Shown one piece after another: positions 62,712 to 64,000 of a stretch of DNA of 64,000 nt (positions are counted from its first letter, which is position 1; each line of letters starts with the position of its first letter). The notes beneath the pieces are model-generated. The model did not search any database. It was not told the origin of the DNA and was given only the letters and a program-made list of their open reading frames with translations. This stretch comes from Moniliella sp. 'wahieum' (taxonomy: Eukaryota). The DNA is taken from positions 620,001-684,000 of the forward strand of contig RSEE01000003.1 in NCBI GenBank assembly GCA_003971905.1, given 5' to 3'. The translations under genes and the position numbers were made by a program.

Positions 62712-64000
62712 ATGGCCAGCAAATCCGAAGCTATCTCGTCTCAGCTCAGCCCCGAGGCCAAGTACGAGCTCATCACGCGTGACCTGCAAGAAGTGTGGGC
62801 GGGGGAGAAGGTCAAGGCGATCCTTACGGCGCAAGAACGGCCGGTGCGGGCGTACTTTGGCACGCCCCCACGGGTCGGCCGCACGTTGGCTACCTTGTTC
62901 CGCTCTGCAAGTTGGCTGACTTCCTCAAGGCAGGTGTGCACGTCAAGGTGCTCCTGGCAGACATCCATGCTTTCTTGGACAACCTCAAGGCGCCCATTGA
63001 GTTGGTCAAGGCGCGCGCGGCTTACTACGGCGCAATGATCAAGGTGGTGTTGCAGGCGATTGGTGTGCCTGTGGACCGTCTCGAGTTTGTCGTTGGGTCC
63101 TCGTACCAGCTTACGCCCGAGTACACCATGGACCAGTACCGTCTAGCGTCCATCGTGACCGAGCACGATGCGTTGCGTGCCGGTGCCGAGGTGGTAAAAC
63201 AGGTCGCTTCTCCTTTGCTCTCTTCGTTGCTCTACCCGGGCCTGCAGGCACTGGACGAGGAGTACCTGCATGTGGACTTCCAGTTTGGCGGGGTGGACCA
63301 GCGCAAGATCTTTACCTACGCTGAGGCTTTCCTGCCCAAGCTGGGCTACGAGAAACGGGCGCACTTGATGAGTCCCATGGTGCCAGGGCTCAAGGGGAGC
63401 AAGATGAGCTCCTCGGACAAGGGAAGCAAGATTGATTTCCTCGACTCGCCCAAAGAGATTCAAAAGAAACTCAATGAGGCATTCTGCGTCGAGGGGCAAG
63501 TGGAGGAGAATGGCGTGCTGGCATTTGCCAAGGCGGTCATCTTCCCCGTTGCGCGGCTACGTGCCGAGACGCGCGCCGAAGGTCATGGTGACCTTCTCCA
63601 CCCGGACAATGGTACGGGTGGCGAACTGCACCTCGACTCTGCTCCGGCGGTACGCTCTTTCCATTTCCCGTCCGGAAAAGTTCGGTGGGTCGCTTCACTA
63701 CACTTCGTACGCCCAATTGGAGGAAGACTTGTTGCCAAGAAACTCCACCCGCTCGACTTGAAGAAAGGGCCGATGCGATCATTGCACTTCTTGAACCCGT
63801 GCGAAAAGCATTTGAGCAGCCGGAATTCGTCAAGATCAACCAGGAGGCTTACCCCGCCGATGTGCCGGCCAAACCGGCCGAAGAAGACGGTCAAAGCGAA
63901 GAACCCCGGGTGGCACACATGTTCACTGTAGGAGGGGTGGCACGGCCAAGTCCAAGGAGGAGGCACTGGCGGCGCAGAAGGCGGATAAGGAGGCTAAGAA
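62712..64000 (+). CDS. TYS1: Cytoplasmic tyrosyl-tRNA synthetase (3' end at or beyond window edge)
   Basis: [58 protein letters not shown]. Confidence 0.97.

Noticed and set aside
1008..63966. Numerous long antisense or overlapping ORFs in the ORF track
   Set aside because: Expected shadow frames of GC-rich coding DNA, with no independent motifs.

Overview
GC-rich eukaryotic nuclear DNA, most likely from a basidiomycete fungus: short GT..AG introns with CTRAC/CTAAC branch points and fungal gene families. Almost every gene, including essential ones, is broken by single-base indels, which points to an unpolished long-read assembly rather than pseudogenisation. The window holds about 20 protein-coding genes: STE20/PAK-like kinase, TUP1, CSC1/PHM7-family channel, GH13 alpha-amylase, M50B-like protein, eIF2A, a secreted lysozyme-like protein, divergent RPS23/RPL27, an APC amino-acid permease, a Zn2Cys6 transcription factor, a RING protein, PDE1, an arrestin-like repeat protein, a KIN4-like kinase, CHO1, a TDG/MUG glycosylase, an Opy2-like protein and TYS1. 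There are also two tRNA genes (Trp-CCA with a tiny intron, Thr-AGT). The most striking unexplained feature is a ~2.6 kb stretch (~24.9-27.5 kb) directly downstream of RPL27. It lacks any credible ORF and is packed with hairpins, long-range helices, GNRA tetraloops and + strand G-U pairs, suggesting a very large structured ncRNA; telomerase RNA is the leading but unproven hypothesis. Other highlights: a secreted SLT/GH23 lytic-transglycosylase-like protein, a 5'-truncated CRE/Cnl1-like retrotransposon fragment, a ~420-460 bp inverted repeat pair around a three-gene block, and a RING finger split by ~330 aa. All calls were made by eye without searches; gene ends are approximate where indels interfere.
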